A DNA stretch of 64,000 bases from Blautia sp. (GTDB taxonomy: Bacteria; Bacillota; Clostridia; Lachnospirales; Lachnospiraceae), in assembly GCA_022777285.1 (NCBI GenBank), contig JALFGN010000123.1, positions 4,752 to 68,751 on the forward strand. Reading direction: 5' to 3'. Shown piece by piece: positions 61,834 through 64,000 of the stretch (position 1 is the first letter of the stretch; every line of letters begins with the position of its first letter). Made by a program: the position numbers and the translations under genes. Below the pieces are notes generated by a model. It did not search any database and was not told the origin of the DNA. It was given only the letters and a program-made list of their open reading frames with translations.

Positions 61834-63123
61834 ATGGACGATATTGTTGTTTCAATCAAAGATGTCAGCAAAGTATATAAATTATTTGATAAACCGGTAG
61901 ACAGACTGAAAGAATCTCTGTCTCTCACACATAAATCGTATCATACAGACCATTTTGCACTGGAGGGAATTTCTCTTGACGTACACAAGGGAGAATGTGT
62001 GGGCATCATCGGAACCAATGGTTCCGGTAAATCTACGTTACTGAAAATTATCACAGGTGTACTCAGTCCTTCCGGCGGAAGTGTGGAAGTAAAGGGAAAG
62101 ATCAGTGCGCTTCTGGAACTGGGTGCAGGTTTCAATATGGAATATACAGGAATTGAAAATATTTATCTGAATGGGACGATGCTCGGATTTTCCAGAGAAG
62201 AGATGACTGCAAAACTGGATGACATTATTAATTTTGCAGAAATCGGAGATTTTATCTATCAGCCCTGTAAGACCTATTCCAGCGGTATGTTTGCACGTCT
62301 TGCTTTTGCAGTTGCAATCAATGTGGAACCGGATATTCTCATTGTAGATGAAGCCTTGAGTGTTGGTGATATTTTCTTCCAGTCCAAGTGTTACCGGAAG
62401 TTTAATGAGTTTAAAGAAGCAGGAAAGACGATTATTTTTGTTACCCATGATATGGGAAGTGTGATCAAATACTGTGAAAGAAGTATGCTGATCAATAAAG
62501 GACATCATGTGTTGACCGGAACATCAGCAGAAGCGGTAGATGTATATAAGAAGATTCTGGCCAATCAGTACGATGACAGTGCAAAGACAGATTCCAGTGA
62601 AGAGGAAAAAGAAACAAGGACACAGGAGGAAGAGAAAAAAGCTTCCAAAGAGTGGAAACAGGATCTGATTTTGAATCAGCAGGTGGATTCTTATGGAAAC
62701 GGGGAAGCGGAGATTGTAGATTTTGCTATTGTAGATGATCAGGGAAAGATCACATCGACGCTGAAAAAGAACAAACAGTTTCGTATCAAGATGAAAATCC
62801 GTTTTTATGAGGATATTAAGAATCCGATTTTTGCCTATATTATTAAAGACAGAAAAGGAACCGAAATTACAGGAACCAATACATTATTGGAAAATTATAC
62901 GCCAAAGATGGGCAAAAAGGGAGAAGAAGTAGTCGTAAATTTTGATCAGGTTCTGAATCTTCAGAGTGGACAATATTTACTTTCTTTTGGATGTACCGGA
63001 TATAAGAATGATGATCTGGAAGTGTTCCACAGACTTTATAATGCATGCTTTCTGGAAGTGTTTTCCAAGAAGGACAGCGTAGGATTCTACGATATGAATG
63101 CTACCGTATCTTATGATTCATAA
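61834..63123 (+). CDS. tagH: Polysaccharide/teichoic acid export ATP-binding protein (TagH/Wzt-like) with a C-terminal Wzt_C-type carbohydrate-binding domain
   Basis: Walker A GTNGSGKST, signature YSSGM, Walker B ILIVDEALSVGD. An acidic linker is followed by a ~165-aa beta-rich C-terminal domain (GNGEAEIVDFAIVDDQG...). Confidence 0.85.
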   Translation: MDDIVVSIKDVSKVYKLFDKPVDRLKESLSLTHKSYHTDHFALEGISLDVHKGECVGIIGTNGSGKSTLLKIITGVLSPSGGSVEVKGKISALLELGAGFNMEYTGIENIYLNGTMLGFSREEMTAKLDDIINFAEIGDFIYQPCKTYSSGMFARLAFAVAINVEPDILIVDEALSVGDIFFQSKCYRKFNEFKEAGKTIIFVTHDMGSVIKYCERSMLINKGHHVLTGTSAEAVDVYKKILANQYDDSAKTDSSEEEKETRTQEEEKKASKEWKQDLILNQQVDSYGNGEAEIVDFAIVDDQGKITSTLKKNKQFRIKMKIRFYEDIKNPIFAYIIKDRKGTEITGTNTLLENYTPKMGKKGEEVVVNFDQVLNLQSGQYLLSFGCTGYKNDDLEVFHRLYNACFLEVFSKKDSVGFYDMNATVSYDS

Positions 63124-63143
63124 AAAACATAGGGGATAGTGAG

Positions 63144-64000
63144 ATGAGTGAGAGGATTGGGAAGGTTACACTAAATCTTGATTATTACGATGGTCAGGAT
63201 TTCTACAGCGATGGTGCGATTGAAGAACATTTGCTTCAACTGGTAAAGGAGAATGAGCCGGATCGGTATCAGGATCTGATTCTCCGGGAGAAAAACTGGG
63301 CGGTGATGTATCATCTGTCGGAACAGCGGGAAAATATTCTTGCCTGGTATCCTATGGAGCCTTCGGCTTCTGTACTGGAAGTGGGAGCGGGATGTGGTGC
63401 CATATCAGGCATTCTTGCCAAAAAAGCAGGAAGAGTAGTCGCAAATGATCTGTCAAAAATGCGCAGTACTATTAATGCCTATAAGAATAAAGATGCAGAT
63501 AATCTGGAAATCATGGTTGGAAATTTCAACCGGGTAGCAGATAATCTTGAGGAGACTTTTGATTATGTGACCTTAATCGGGGTATTTGAATATGCAAAGA
63601 CCTATATTCAGGAACCGGATGCTTATGGCGTATTTCTGGACAAAATCAATCGTCATCTGAAACCAGGCGGCAAGATTCTCATGGCCATTGAAAACCGTCT
63701 TGGAATGAAGTACTTTGCAGGCTGTAAAGAAGACCATGTGGGAAAGTATTTTGAAGGAATCGAAGGATATCCTGGTACAGACGGAGTGGAAACGTTCAGC
63801 AAACGGGAACTGGAAAAGCTGTTGGATGAAAAGGGATATCATGATTATAAATTTTATTATCCTTATCCGGATTATAAATTTGCCACAACCATTTATTCCG
63901 ATGAATATCTCCCGAAAAAAGGTGAGTTAAGAAATAATATGCGCAATTTTGACAGTGACCGTTTGTTGTTGTTTGATGAGGGACTGGCTTTTGACGGAAT
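63144..64000 (+). CDS. Class I SAM-dependent methyltransferase, 3'-truncated by the window edge
   Basis: It is absent from the ORF track because no stop is reached. I read the frame by hand from the ATG at 63144 and it stays open to the window end. SAM motif I is VLEVGAGCGAISG; later motifs are DYVTLIGVFEY and LKPGGKILMAIEN. Confidence 0.75.
   Translation, partial: MSERIGKVTLNLDYYDGQDFYSDGAIEEHLLQLVKENEPDRYQDLILREKNWAVMYHLSEQRENILAWYPMEPSASVLEVGAGCGAISGILAKKAGRVVANDLSKMRSTINAYKNKDADNLEIMVGNFNRVADNLEETFDYVTLIGVFEYAKTYIQEPDAYGVFLDKINRHLKPGGKILMAIENRLGMKYFAGCKEDHVGKYFEGIEGYPGTDGVETFSKRELEKLLDEKGYHDYKFYYPYPDYKFATTIYSDEYLPKKGELRNNMRNFDSDRLLLFDEGLAFDG

Noticed and set aside
1-64000. I scanned all intergenic gaps for tRNA, rRNA, CRISPR repeats, IS elements, integrases, prophage genes and toxin-antitoxin pairs.
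   Set aside because: No gap exceeds 265 bp. I saw no direct-repeat/spacer periodicity outside coding repeats. No ORF has recombinase or transposase motifs. By eye, nothing of these classes is present.

Overview
This 64-kb window comes from a spore-forming Firmicute. Gene content looks Clostridia / Lachnospiraceae-like, but the species cannot be determined from sequence alone. I support about 58 protein-coding genes, nearly all on the + strand. By eye I found no rRNA, tRNA, CRISPR array, transposase, integrase or prophage gene.

Positions 1-33,300 are mostly core housekeeping:
- a MATE pump fragment, a TagA-like protein, YitT, and a PucR-type regulator followed by ftsE-ftsX and an S41 protease
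- DegV
- a DUF2156 / Eis-like GNAT / Nif11-like small protein / nitroreductase cassette
- an IMPase-family gene, then AraC plus a GH127 arabinofuranosidase
- the conserved rpsT-gpr-spoIIP-lepA-hemW block, a CBS-pair protein, and uvrA with an SOS box
- mreB, recD2 and comFC
- a cdaA-cdaR (c-di-AMP) operon with two unknown membrane proteins upstream and an HPr-like gene downstream
- azlCD

Positions 33,400-64,000 form a cell-envelope glycopolymer island:
- four secreted proteins carrying choline-binding-type (CW_binding_1) repeats: an L,D-transpeptidase, an amidase-glucosaminidase autolysin, a small repeat-only protein, and a Pce-like metallo-beta-lactamase-fold hydrolase with an inserted Cna-B domain
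- a Wzx/Wzy-type locus with CDP-ribitol synthesis (tarIJ), a TagF-family transferase and two LicD-family transferases
- the start of a second, ABC-transporter (TagG / Wzt-like TagH) pathway with a downstream methyltransferase

The best candidate for an undescribed system is the operon at 35,741-39,544 plus the convergent wecE-like aminotransferase. Its parts are a PLP enzyme, a GtrB/ArnC-type GT2, an ATP-grasp ligase and an ArnE/ArnF-like pair of small transporters. Together they look like a Gram-positive, Arn-like lipid-carrier pathway that decorates a wall polymer with an N-acylated 4-amino-6-deoxyhexose.

All functional calls rest on motif and family recognition by eye. No database search was run.
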